Assembly (NCBI GenBank): GCA_038878695.1
Contig: JAVZVD010000002.1
Span: forward strand, 158,734-198,733
Direction: 5' to 3'
Length of the DNA stretch: 40,000 bases
Origin: Fervidicoccaceae archaeon
GTDB taxonomy: Archaea; Thermoproteota; Thermoprotei_A; Sulfolobales; Fervidicoccaceae
The notes beneath the pieces were generated by a model. That model was not told where the DNA came from. It saw nothing but the letters and a program-made list of their open reading frames with translations, and made no database searches. Shown here one piece after another: positions 24,425 to 32,676 of the stretch (position 1 is its first letter; each line of letters begins with the position of its first letter). Position numbers and translations under genes: made by a program.

Positions 24425-26500
24425 TTGAACAGACCCAAGGGGGAGGGGAGCAGACTAGCCTCCGTGGCCCTCGTCGCGTGGGCCGGGGCCTTCCTCGAGT
24501 GGCTCGACTTCTACACCTACGGCATTCTGGCCAAGGTGGTCGCCAGAGTATTCTTCCCCTCGACGGATCCCATAGCCTCGCTCATTGCATCCTATGGCGC
24601 TCTGGCCGTCGGCTTCCTCTTCAGGCCGCTCGGCGCGATACTCTTCGGCAAGATAGGCGATCAGCTCGGGCGCAAGAGGGCCTTCGTCATCGCCGCTCTC
24701 CTCATGTTGGTCGGGACCGTCGGCGTGGGCCTCGCGCCTAGCTACGCTCAGGTGGGGGTCCTAGCCTCGATCTTGGTCTTCGCGTTGAGGATAGTTCAGG
24801 GTCTAGCGCTGGGCGGAGGCTACGGGGCCGCGATCACGTACCTCGGCGAGTTCGCGCCGGAGCACAGGAGAGGGCTGATAACCGGTGTGCTCTTCACCAC
24901 GCCAGCGGCCGGGATGGGCGTCGCGGGCAGCATCCAGACCTTCATCAGCGGCTGGCTCGGCGCGGAGCAGTTCGCCGCGTGGGGCTGGAGGCTCAACTTC
25001 ATCGTGGCCGGCGCCCTCGTCTTCGCCGTCGCTCTGATCCTCCACCTGATCTACAGAGAGACTCCCATCTTCGACATGCTAAAGAGAGTGAGGCGCGTCA
25101 CCTCGAGCCCGGTCAGAGAGGTCTTCTCGAAGCGCTACCTGCCCCTAGTCCTCATGGCGTGGATCGGCGTGGTCGGGGCCCACGGGCCCGTGTGGTACAC
25201 GAACAACTACTTCAACTCGCAGTATCTGCAGATAGCCGGCGGCTTGAGCACGAGCGAGGCGAACAAGATACTGAGCACCGCAATATATGCCTCTCTGTGG
25301 ACCTATCCGCTCTTCGGCTGGCTCTCCGACAAGATAGGCAGGAAGCCCGTGCTCCTCCTCGGCATCTACGGCAATGCGCTGTGGTTCCCCGTGGCCTTCA
25401 AGCTCTACGACAAGTACCTCGCGGTAGGAGACGAGACGGGGCTCTGGCTGACCACTCTGACGATGACTCTCTTCAACGGAGTGGGCTACAGCGGAGCCAT
25501 GTCGGCTCTCCTGCTCGAGCTGTTCCCGGCTAGAATAAGGCTCTCCTCCGTTGCTCTCTCCTACAATCTGGGCTACGGTCTGACGGGCGGCTTTACTCCC
25601 CTAGTAGTCACGTCGATCTACAGGGTCACGGGCGATTTGTACCAGGCAGTCGTGCTCTGGTCGACGCTGGTGCCAATGATCATGGGGGCCCTCTACGCGC
25701 TGAGGGGGCCCGAGACGTTGGGCACGAGGATCTGGGCGGAGCTGAGCGCCGGCAGATTCGCCAAGAGGCCTCCGCTCGTGGTGCCACCCGGAGTCCCGCT
25801 CGTTGAAGCGGCCAAGCGCATGATCGAGAGCGGGGTCAGGGCGGCCTTCGTCGTGGGCAGCGGCGTCGGAGTGCTCGAGGAGAGGGCCTTGGTTAGGGCC
25901 ATAGCGCGAGGGGCAGGCCTCGGCTCTCCGGTCTCCGAGCACGCCGTGCGCGTGGAGTGCGTGCGCGAGGACGAGCCCGTGACGAAGATATTCGTCGTGA
26001 TTGAGGAGAAGTTCCTCAGGCACGCGCCTATCTGTGACTCGAGCGGAGAGCTCGTGGGATACGTCAGCGCCAGGGAGCTCGTGAACGAGGCCCTCGCTCT
26101 AGACTCCATCGCGAAGAAGAGGGCCTCGCTGAGATTCAGAGTTCGCGACGTGGCGGCGAGAGACTTGGTCTACGTGAGGCCCGGCGCGCCGCTGAGGGAG
26201 GTCGCTAGGATCATGGCGGAGAACAACGTAGGCTTCGTGCCGATCTTAAGCGATGGAGAGATCGTCGGAGTGCTCTCCGAGTACGATCTGTTGAGAGCCA
26301 TCGCGTTGGGGGCAGACCTCGGCGCCCCGGTGGAGGCCCTAGCTAGAAGAGAGGGCATAATCACGGTGAACGGGGACTCCACGTTGAGGGAGGCCGCCGA
26401 GCTGATGCTGAGGCACAACATAAGGCACCTGCCGGTGCTCGACAACGGGAGAGTGGCTGCGGTAGTATCGATCAGAGACGTCATCAAGGCCGTGGGCTGA
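24425..26500 (+). CDS. MFS transporter (metabolite:H+ symporter, ProP-like MHS type) fused to four C-terminal CBS domains
   Basis: 691 aa. GAFLEWLDFYTYGILA and LGAILFGKIGDQLGRKRAF are MHS-type motifs, with about 12 hydrophobic segments. After about residue 440 there are four CBS-like units, starting near PLVEAAKRMIESGVRAAFVV, VTKIFVVIEEKFLRHAPICD, PLREVARIMAENNVGFVPIL and TLREAAELMLRHNIRHLPVL. Confidence 0.75.
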   Translation: MNRPKGEGSRLASVALVAWAGAFLEWLDFYTYGILAKVVARVFFPSTDPIASLIASYGALAVGFLFRPLGAILFGKIGDQLGRKRAFVIAALLMLVGTVGVGLAPSYAQVGVLASILVFALRIVQGLALGGGYGAAITYLGEFAPEHRRGLITGVLFTTPAAGMGVAGSIQTFISGWLGAEQFAAWGWRLNFIVAGALVFAVALILHLIYRETPIFDMLKRVRRVTSSPVREVFSKRYLPLVLMAWIGVVGAHGPVWYTNNYFNSQYLQIAGGLSTSEANKILSTAIYASLWTYPLFGWLSDKIGRKPVLLLGIYGNALWFPVAFKLYDKYLAVGDETGLWLTTLTMTLFNGVGYSGAMSALLLELFPARIRLSSVALSYNLGYGLTGGFTPLVVTSIYRVTGDLYQAVVLWSTLVPMIMGALYALRGPETLGTRIWAELSAGRFAKRPPLVVPPGVPLVEAAKRMIESGVRAAFVVGSGVGVLEERALVRAIARGAGLGSPVSEHAVRVECVREDEPVTKIFVVIEEKFLRHAPICDSSGELVGYVSARELVNEALALDSIAKKRASLRFRVRDVAARDLVYVRPGAPLREVARIMAENNVGFVPILSDGEIVGVLSEYDLLRAIALGADLGAPVEALARREGIITVNGDSTLREAAELMLRHNIRHLPVLDNGRVAAVVSIRDVIKAVG

Positions 26501-26679
26501 GGCCTCCGCCATCGAGCTGCGCCTCACCTCCATTCCCCTCTTTTCCCCTCCTAAGACGAGGTCTCACGAATCGCTCGCCGAGCTCTCCTCGGCGATTCTA
26601 TTGCCGAGCGCGGCGAGAGAGGGGATAAGAGCGAGGTCGCTCGAGCTCCTAGCCGCGGCTCCTAGACGGGCGAGAGACT

Positions 26680-27210
26680 TTGAGCCCTGTTGTTTATACT
26701 GTGGGGTACTCTGGGCGAACTCCGCGCGAGCTGATCGAGCTGCTGCGGAGCAATGGGGTCGAGAGAGTCGTCGACGTCAGGAGGTGGAACTACTCGAGGA
26801 GAGCTCCCGAGTTCTCGGGACCGGCTCTAGCCGGGGCCCTCGCGCTCGAGGACATCGACTACGTCTGGATCCCCGAGCTGGGCGGCTATAGGCGCTTCGG
26901 CGTCGACGCCGATGACAGAGGAGTGGGCAGCTGCTTGGGAGCCGAGGGTTTCAGAGCCTACGCCGCCTACATTACGACGAGGCTCGACGTCAGGCCCGCT
27001 CTGAGGAAGCTCGAGTATCTCGCGTCGGAGAAGACCAGCGCTCTGCTCTGCAGAGAGAGGAGCCCGACAGCGTGTCATAGGAGGATCCTATCGGACTACC
27101 TGATGGTCAGGGGATTCAGAGTGATTCACGTGGTGGGGCGGGGGGAGCTATTGGAGCTCGGGCTCAGCCCCTGCGCTAGGGCGTCGAGCGGAGAGCTCGA
27201 GTACGTCTAG
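26680..27210 (+). CDS. DUF488-family protein
   Basis: 176 aa. VYTVGYSGRTPRELIELLRSNGVERVVDVRR and ALLCRERSPTACHRRILSDYL are the characteristic N- and C-terminal DUF488 motifs. Confidence 0.7.
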   Translation: MSPVVYTVGYSGRTPRELIELLRSNGVERVVDVRRWNYSRRAPEFSGPALAGALALEDIDYVWIPELGGYRRFGVDADDRGVGSCLGAEGFRAYAAYITTRLDVRPALRKLEYLASEKTSALLCRERSPTACHRRILSDYLMVRGFRVIHVVGRGELLELGLSPCARASSGELEYV

Positions 27211-27435
27211 GAGCTCATAGGCTTCGCCAATGGCCCTCGGCAGAACGATCGGTCGAGAGCCGCCCCCAGCTTTTAAGCCTCTTCGATCACACGAACGCGC
27301 GGGCCGTGAAGAGTTTGCCGAAAGCCCGATCCTCGCCGAGGCTCGGAGATGAGGTCTCTCCCGAAGGCTGAGCCCCTCTGAGGCTGCTAGAGCGCGAACG
27401 CTACGCGAGGCGATCCTCGAGGTGAGCTCGAGGTC

Positions 27436-27975
27436 TTGAGAGGAGTCTTAGTGGGGGAGGAGGCTATCAAGGCTCTCGGAGGCCTCATCGACGACTCGAT
27501 CCTGGTCTTCCTGGGAAATAGGCTGCGGGGCGACGACGCGGCCGGTCTCCTTGTGGGGGAGCTCCTCCTGGCCTCCTGCGCGACGCGACGCGCTATCGTC
27601 TGCGAGTCCCAGCTGGAGCTGTGCTTGAGCGAGCTGAGCGGGAGGCTCGAGAAGGCGAGGAGGCTCATAATAATCGACGCGATCGAGGCGGGCCTCGAGG
27701 CCGGCCAGATAGCGTTGGCGCCCCTAGACGAGTTCTCGAGCTCGATCGACTTCTCCTCCTCTCACGGCATCTCGATGAGGCTCCTGTCTCGAGTCCTTAA
27801 ATGGCGCTACGGCGTCGAGGAGGCGTGGGTCCTCGGCGTGCAGGCCTCGGAGCTGGGGGCGGTGAGGCTCGAGATCTCCTCAGAAGTCAGAGAGGGCTGC
27901 GAGGTCCTCGCGGAGGCTCTGCTGAGCTCGCTCCCCGAATGCAGGCTCGGACGAGGGCTCGGGGCTTTTGATTAA
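27436..27975 (+). CDS. [NiFe]-hydrogenase maturation endopeptidase (HycI/HybD-like)
   Basis: 179 aa. FLGNRLRGDDAAGLLVG (the GNxxxxDDxxG motif), IIIDAIEAG and SSHGISM supply the Asp/Asp/His metal ligands typical of this protease family. Confidence 0.7.
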   Translation: MRGVLVGEEAIKALGGLIDDSILVFLGNRLRGDDAAGLLVGELLLASCATRRAIVCESQLELCLSELSGRLEKARRLIIIDAIEAGLEAGQIALAPLDEFSSSIDFSSSHGISMRLLSRVLKWRYGVEEAWVLGVQASELGAVRLEISSEVREGCEVLAEALLSSLPECRLGRGLGAFD

Positions 27976-28121
27976 GCTATGTTAAATGGAACCTCCTTAA
28001 TGAACGCCAGATGTTATCACAACCGGTCGCGCAAGTGCTCCGGGACTTAATATTTTTTTCTCTCAATGTGGAACGAAAATAATTATAAGGCTATTAGGAA
28101 GCCGAGTGCTGGGGCCAATCG
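27976..28121 (+). promoter_or_regulatory. Promoter region of the hydrogenase operon
   Basis: An AT-rich stretch with aaaataattataa (about 28076-28088) lies 35-45 nt upstream of GTG 28122. Confidence 0.4.
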
Positions 28122-28493
28122 GTGACGGCGAGTCAGATCGCTGTGGTCGTGTTGGCTCTAGCGCTCGCGCTGCTGACCTCGGTAGCCCTCTTTGCGGCTT
28201 CGGCGCTCCTCTCCTTCAAGGGCTCGCGCCCTTTAGAGCGCGACTCGTCTCTCGGCAGGAGACCCTTCACCGGCGGCGTGACTCTGGGCCCCCAGAGGTT
28301 CCGCTACTACACCGAGCTTATGGCGCTCGTCTCGTTCTTCCTGCTCGCCGAGGCCTTGGCGATCTTCTTATTGTTCTCCCCCGCCGGCTTGGAGACCGCC
28401 CTCTTCGCCCTGCTCGGCCTCGGCGGTATACTCTCGTCGGCTGTCTTGTTCCAGAGGAGGCGGAGAGCTCATGGGATTGGGAGACCTCAATAG
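28122..28493 (+). CDS. NuoA-like small membrane subunit
   Basis: 123 aa with three hydrophobic helices. It has the size, topology and first-gene position of NuoA/ND3. The assignment rests mainly on position and topology. Confidence 0.5.
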   Translation: MTASQIAVVVLALALALLTSVALFAASALLSFKGSRPLERDSSLGRRPFTGGVTLGPQRFRYYTELMALVSFFLLAEALAIFLLFSPAGLETALFALLGLGGILSSAVLFQRRRRAHGIGRPQ

Positions 28494-28938
28494 ATACATC
28501 AAGAAGAGCCTCTGGCTCTTCCACTTCAACGCCAGCAGCTGCAACGGCTGCGATATAGAGATAGTCGCGGCTCTCACGCCGAGGTTCGACGCGGAGAGGT
28601 TCGGAGCTCTCCTCGTCCCTAGCCCCAGGCACGCCGACGCTCTCGTGGTCACCGGCTCGGTCAATAGGCTCTCGGTCGACGCACTCAGGCAGATCTACAG
28701 CCAGATGCCCGAGCCGAAGGTCGTAATCGCCGTCGGCGCCTGCGCCTGCAGCGGGGGCGTGTTCCACGACTGCTACAACGTGATCGGGGGAGTCGATAAG
28801 GTCATACCGGTGGACGTTTACGTGCCGGGCTGCGCCGTTAAGCCCGAGGCGATAATCAAGGCGCTGGGCCTCGTGGCTGGCGTCAAGAGCGAGAAGAGGA
28901 AGAGGGGCAAAGCGAGGCCGATAGTAGTGGAGGCCTGA
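28471..28938 (+). CDS. Group 4 [NiFe]-hydrogenase small subunit (NuoB-like)
   Basis: 155 aa. SSCNGCDIE, HADALVVTGSV, GACACSGG and VPGCAVKPE give the four Cys of the proximal 4Fe-4S cluster in hydrogenase-type (CxxC) rather than Nuo-type (CC) spacing. Confidence 0.85.
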   Translation: MGLGDLNRYIKKSLWLFHFNASSCNGCDIEIVAALTPRFDAERFGALLVPSPRHADALVVTGSVNRLSVDALRQIYSQMPEPKVVIAVGACACSGGVFHDCYNVIGGVDKVIPVDVYVPGCAVKPEAIIKALGLVAGVKSEKRKRGKARPIVVEA

Positions 28939-28943
28939 TAGCT

Positions 28944-30566
28944 TTGGGCGGGAGACCCCTAGAGAACGTCGTGACGGTGGAACCGGAGGGATTGAGGGAG
29001 GCCGTAGAGCACCAAGTCAAGAGGGGCTACGGCCACCTCGTCACGATAACGGGGGTCGACGCGGGGGAGAAGATCAGGGTCCTCTATCACTTGTCTAGCC
29101 TGTCGGGCGACATGACTCACTTAGAGGTCTCGGTCCCCAAGAAGGTCGGGGCTTCTCTCCCCACGATAGCAGACGTGATACCGGGTTCTCTCTTCTACGA
29201 GATGGAGGTTCGCGATCTCTTCGGGGTTAGGTTCGAGGGGAACCCCTGGGAAGCCTATCGGTACCCGCTCCCCGAAACTTACCCGCGAGACGCGACCCCG
29301 CCTCTCTGGAAGGAGGCGGAGAACGAGAAGGTCAGGGAAATCATTTGGCGCGACGGCGATGCCCTCGGCCAAATTCAGACTAGCGCCGAGGGAGTGAGCG
29401 TCCCCTTTGGCCCCTATCATCCAGCCCTCAAGGAGCCCGAGCACTTCAGGCTGATCGTGGACGGCGAGACCGTCGTTGACGTCATACCGAGGCTGGGATA
29501 CGTCCACAGGGGCATCGAGAAAATCGCTGAGAGGAGGACCTACCTGAAGAACGTCTACCTCTTCGAGAGGGTGTGCGGCATCTGCAGTTTCATACACACG
29601 TACACCTACGTCCTGGCGGCCGAGAGCGTGGCCAAGGTGGAGCCGAGCAGGAGAGCCGAGTGGCTGAGGACTCTCGTGGCCGAGCTCGAGAGGGTCCACT
29701 CGCACCTCCTGTGGATAGGGCTCGTCGGGTACTGGATGGGCTTCGACACCATGTTCATGTGGCTGTGGGGCGTCCGCGAGAAGGTCATGGACGTCCTCGA
29801 GATCGTATGCGGCAATAGAGTGATGAAGGGCTTCGCGACAATAGGAGGCACCGTCAGAGACGTCACAGACTCTCAGCTCGAGCAAGTCAAGAGGGCTCTC
29901 CGAGAGATCGAGAAGCAGGCCTCCGACGTGATGGAGAGGATCCTCTCCTTCGACCTCTTCATCCACAGGACCAGAGGCTTCGGCGAGTTCGACGTCGAGA
30001 CCGCGAGGAGGATGTGCGCCGTTGGCCCCTACAGGAGAATCACGGGTGACCCCTACGACATAAGGAAGGTGGAGCCCTACGGAGCCTACCAAGAGCTGGG
30101 CTTCGAGCCCATAACAGAGAAGAGGGCCGACGCCTATCACTCCGTGCTCGTCAGGCTCAAGGAGACGATGCAGTCGATCGAGATGTGCAGGAGAATCGCC
30201 GAGGAGCTCCCCGCCGGCGCGGCGGTTCCCCAGAGATTTTACATGGCCTCTCCCCAGCCCGGCGAGGCCGTTGCTAGAACCGAGGCCCCCAGGGGCGAGC
30301 TCTTCTACTTCATTAAGTCGGCTGGCAAGCCCACCCCCGATAGAGTCAAGGTCAGAACGCCGAGCCTCGCCAACATGCTGCTCGCCGCTACGCTCCTGCG
30401 CGGAGCGACTCTCTCCGACGTCCCCATCATCTTCACGATGATAGACCCCTGCTTCAGCTGCACCGATAGGGTCCTGGTGTACGACGTGCGAACCAGGACC
30501 GCCAGGATGCTCAGGGAGGAGGACTTCATTAAGATGAGCAGAAAGAGGTGGGCTAGCTGTGAGTGA
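28944..30566 (+). CDS. Group 4 [NiFe]-hydrogenase large subunit with fused N-terminal NuoC-like domain (HycE-like architecture)
   Basis: 540 aa. The N-terminal ~130 aa are NuoC/30-kDa-like (FYEMEVRDLFGVRFEGNPW). The L1 motif is ERVCGICSFIH (Cys211/Cys214, nt 29574-29585). The L2 motif is DPCFSCTDR (Cys503/Cys506, nt 30444-30470), followed by a 31-aa tail. Confidence 0.85.
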   Translation: MGGRPLENVVTVEPEGLREAVEHQVKRGYGHLVTITGVDAGEKIRVLYHLSSLSGDMTHLEVSVPKKVGASLPTIADVIPGSLFYEMEVRDLFGVRFEGNPWEAYRYPLPETYPRDATPPLWKEAENEKVREIIWRDGDALGQIQTSAEGVSVPFGPYHPALKEPEHFRLIVDGETVVDVIPRLGYVHRGIEKIAERRTYLKNVYLFERVCGICSFIHTYTYVLAAESVAKVEPSRRAEWLRTLVAELERVHSHLLWIGLVGYWMGFDTMFMWLWGVREKVMDVLEIVCGNRVMKGFATIGGTVRDVTDSQLEQVKRALREIEKQASDVMERILSFDLFIHRTRGFGEFDVETARRMCAVGPYRRITGDPYDIRKVEPYGAYQELGFEPITEKRADAYHSVLVRLKETMQSIEMCRRIAEELPAGAAVPQRFYMASPQPGEAVARTEAPRGELFYFIKSAGKPTPDRVKVRTPSLANMLLAATLLRGATLSDVPIIFTMIDPCFSCTDRVLVYDVRTRTARMLREEDFIKMSRKRWASCE

Positions 30567-31530
30567 GCTCGCTCTCGAGGCCTTGCTCAGGACCTTGGTC
30601 TTCCCCGGCCTATTGTTCGCGACGATCTTCGCGCTGTTCTTGCAGTGGGTGGAGAGGAAGTCCGTGGCTAGGATCCAGTGGAGGATCGGGCCCAAGTTCA
30701 CCGGGCCCCGCGGGCTCCTACAGCCCCTCTACGACTTCCTCAAGCTCCTCACGAAACGCGAGATAGTCCCGGAAGGAGCTGACCCCCTGCTCTTCAGGCT
30801 GGCCCCGGCGATCTCGCTGGGAGTGCCGGTCTTCGGCCTGGCCCTCCTGCCTCTCTCCGGAATAAAGTCCCCTCTAGGCTTCGAGGGAGACTTCGTCCTC
30901 ATGCTCTTCGTGCTCTCGTTCGGAGCCTTCGCGATGGCTCTCGCCGGCTTCGCTGTGCTCAGCCCCTATACGTCGGTCGGAGTCGGCAGGCACGTGCTAC
31001 AGTACTCGGTCTACGAGGCCCTTCTCTCGATCGCGCTGATCCTCGCTGCTCTGCAGGCTAAGGCGCTGAGCGTGGAGGGCGTCTTGAGCTATCAGGCTCA
31101 GCATGGCCCGCTGTTGATCTATCAGCCGCTCGGCTTCGTGGCGGCCCTATTAGCGCTCATGGCGAAGCTCGAGAAGCAGCCCTTCGACCTCCCCGAGGCC
31201 AAGCAAGAGATCGTCGGCGGGTGGCTGACGGAGTACTCCGGCCGAGGTCTGGCTTTCCTCAAGCTCTACAAGGACCTCATGCTATTCTTCGGGGCCTCTC
31301 TCATGGCCGTGGCCTACTTAGGAGGACCCCTCGGCCCAGGCCACGACGCCGCGCCGATCATTGGGACGGCCTACTTCCTGCTCAAAGTGCTGCTGATATC
31401 GCTGCTGATCTTCGTGGTGAGAGGTATCGCCGCGAGGATCCGAGTCCTCGCGCTCGGAGAGTACTTCTGGGTGAGGCTCGCTCCCCTCCTCCTCGCGCAA
31501 GCAGCTCTCGTGCTCTTGGTCCTGAGGTGA
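30559..31530 (+). CDS. NuoH-like membrane subunit (HycD/MbhM/EchB-type)
   Basis: 323 aa. LQWVERKSVARIQWRIGP is the canonical NuoH N-terminal motif, and the protein is polytopic. Confidence 0.8.
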   Translation: MSELALEALLRTLVFPGLLFATIFALFLQWVERKSVARIQWRIGPKFTGPRGLLQPLYDFLKLLTKREIVPEGADPLLFRLAPAISLGVPVFGLALLPLSGIKSPLGFEGDFVLMLFVLSFGAFAMALAGFAVLSPYTSVGVGRHVLQYSVYEALLSIALILAALQAKALSVEGVLSYQAQHGPLLIYQPLGFVAALLALMAKLEKQPFDLPEAKQEIVGGWLTEYSGRGLAFLKLYKDLMLFFGASLMAVAYLGGPLGPGHDAAPIIGTAYFLLKVLLISLLIFVVRGIAARIRVLALGEYFWVRLAPLLLAQAALVLLVLR

Positions 31531-31537
31531 TCCGCTC

Positions 31538-31918
31538 GTGCCCAAGAGAGGCGCGACCGGGATGTTGAGCGAGGCCCTTAGGCGATTGGTCACCGAGCCC
31601 ATCACCGAGCCCTACGTGGTCGAGGACCTCGAAGAGCAGCCCCACCTGCGCGGGAGACCTCTGCTCATCCCGGAGAAGTGCACCGGCTGTAGGCTGTGCT
31701 ACATGGTCTGCCCCTCCTCTGCAATAACCATGGTCACGGTAGGGACCAGGAGGGTCGGGCAGAGAGAAGTCCCGCTGCAGCATCCCAGGTTCGATTACTT
31801 CAGGTGCATATACTGCGGCATGTGCTCCTACGTCTGCACGTTCAAGGCCATAGAACTCGAGAGAAAGCTCGTGCCGCTACACGTGGGGCCGAAGCCAAGC
31901 GGGGGCGAGGGCGCTTGA
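31538..31918 (+). CDS. NuoI-like 2x[4Fe-4S] ferredoxin subunit
   Basis: 126 aa with CTGCRLCYMVCP and CIYCGMCSYVC. Confidence 0.8.
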   Translation: MPKRGATGMLSEALRRLVTEPITEPYVVEDLEEQPHLRGRPLLIPEKCTGCRLCYMVCPSSAITMVTVGTRRVGQREVPLQHPRFDYFRCIYCGMCSYVCTFKAIELERKLVPLHVGPKPSGGEGA

Positions 31919-32361
31919 TAGGGGAGGCTCTGGCCGCGGTCGGCGCTGTTCTCGTTCTCCTGGCCCTTGTGGTCAGGAGGCTCTCCGTCGCCGTGGTCTC
32001 CCTATTTTTCGGGAGCGCGCTCGCGGGCCTTTCGATAGCTATGCTCGTTAGCCCCGCCGCCGGCGTCGTCGTAGCAACGCTCTACGCGGGGCTCCTCGTC
32101 ACCTTAATCCTGATAGCCTTGGCCGTCGTCCCGACCTCGCCCGAGGAGATGGAGCCCAGGATCGATTACGGGCACTTCCTCGCTCTGGTCTTCGGGCTCT
32201 CCTCCACCTATCTGATCTCAGTGCTCGTCCTCGAGCACGCCGGGCTCCTGGGCCTGAGCGAGCCAAGGGCCATGGCCATTCAAGACGTCGGAGCCCTGGC
32301 CCTCCTCATGCTCACAACGGCTATCGGAGTGGTAATGTCGATGTGGGGTGTGGAGGAGTGA
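31915..32361 (+). CDS. NuoJ-like membrane subunit
   Basis: Start re-set to TTG 31915, overlapping the upstream TGA (TTGA). The 148-aa protein has hydrophobic helices, an acidic loop and a further helix, and sits between the I-like and K-like genes. Confidence 0.5.
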   Translation: MIGEALAAVGAVLVLLALVVRRLSVAVVSLFFGSALAGLSIAMLVSPAAGVVVATLYAGLLVTLILIALAVVPTSPEEMEPRIDYGHFLALVFGLSSTYLISVLVLEHAGLLGLSEPRAMAIQDVGALALLMLTTAIGVVMSMWGVEE

Positions 32362-32663
32362 CCGGCGTGAGCTCTTCTTTCGTGACCGCGGTTGGGGTCG
32401 TCCTCGCCATGGGAGGCCTCGTCGCGGTCGCCGCTACGCGCAACTTGGTCAGAGTACTCATCGGGCTGCAATCGCTCGGCCTCGGAGCGATTCTGGTCCT
32501 TTCGTCGGCCGGCCTGAGCTCCGCCTTTTCGCCCACTTACGCCGTAGTGCTCGCGGCCTCGGCCGCAGCAGCGATGGAGGCCGCGAGCATAATCGTCGTG
32601 GTGGTCGTCTACAGGAAGTTCAAGACTAGCGACCCGAGGAGGATCTCCGAGCTCAAATGGTAG
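32343..32663 (+). CDS. NuoK-like membrane subunit (MnhC/HyfE-like)
   Basis: 106 aa (or 101 aa from GTG 32358, which overlaps the upstream TGA). RNLVRVLIGLQSLGLGAIL resembles the NuoK helix-2 motif; three TM helices. Confidence 0.65.
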   Translation: MGCGGVTGVSSSFVTAVGVVLAMGGLVAVAATRNLVRVLIGLQSLGLGAILVLSSAGLSSAFSPTYAVVLAASAAAAMEAASIIVVVVVYRKFKTSDPRRISELKW

Positions 32664-32676
32664 GAGGTGCGAGGCC

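Noticed and set aside
29121-30701. 526-aa minus-strand ORF antisense to the hydrogenase large subunit
   Set aside because: It is a shadow ORF. The plus strand carries unambiguous NiFe L1/L2 motifs, and the antisense product has no recognisable features.
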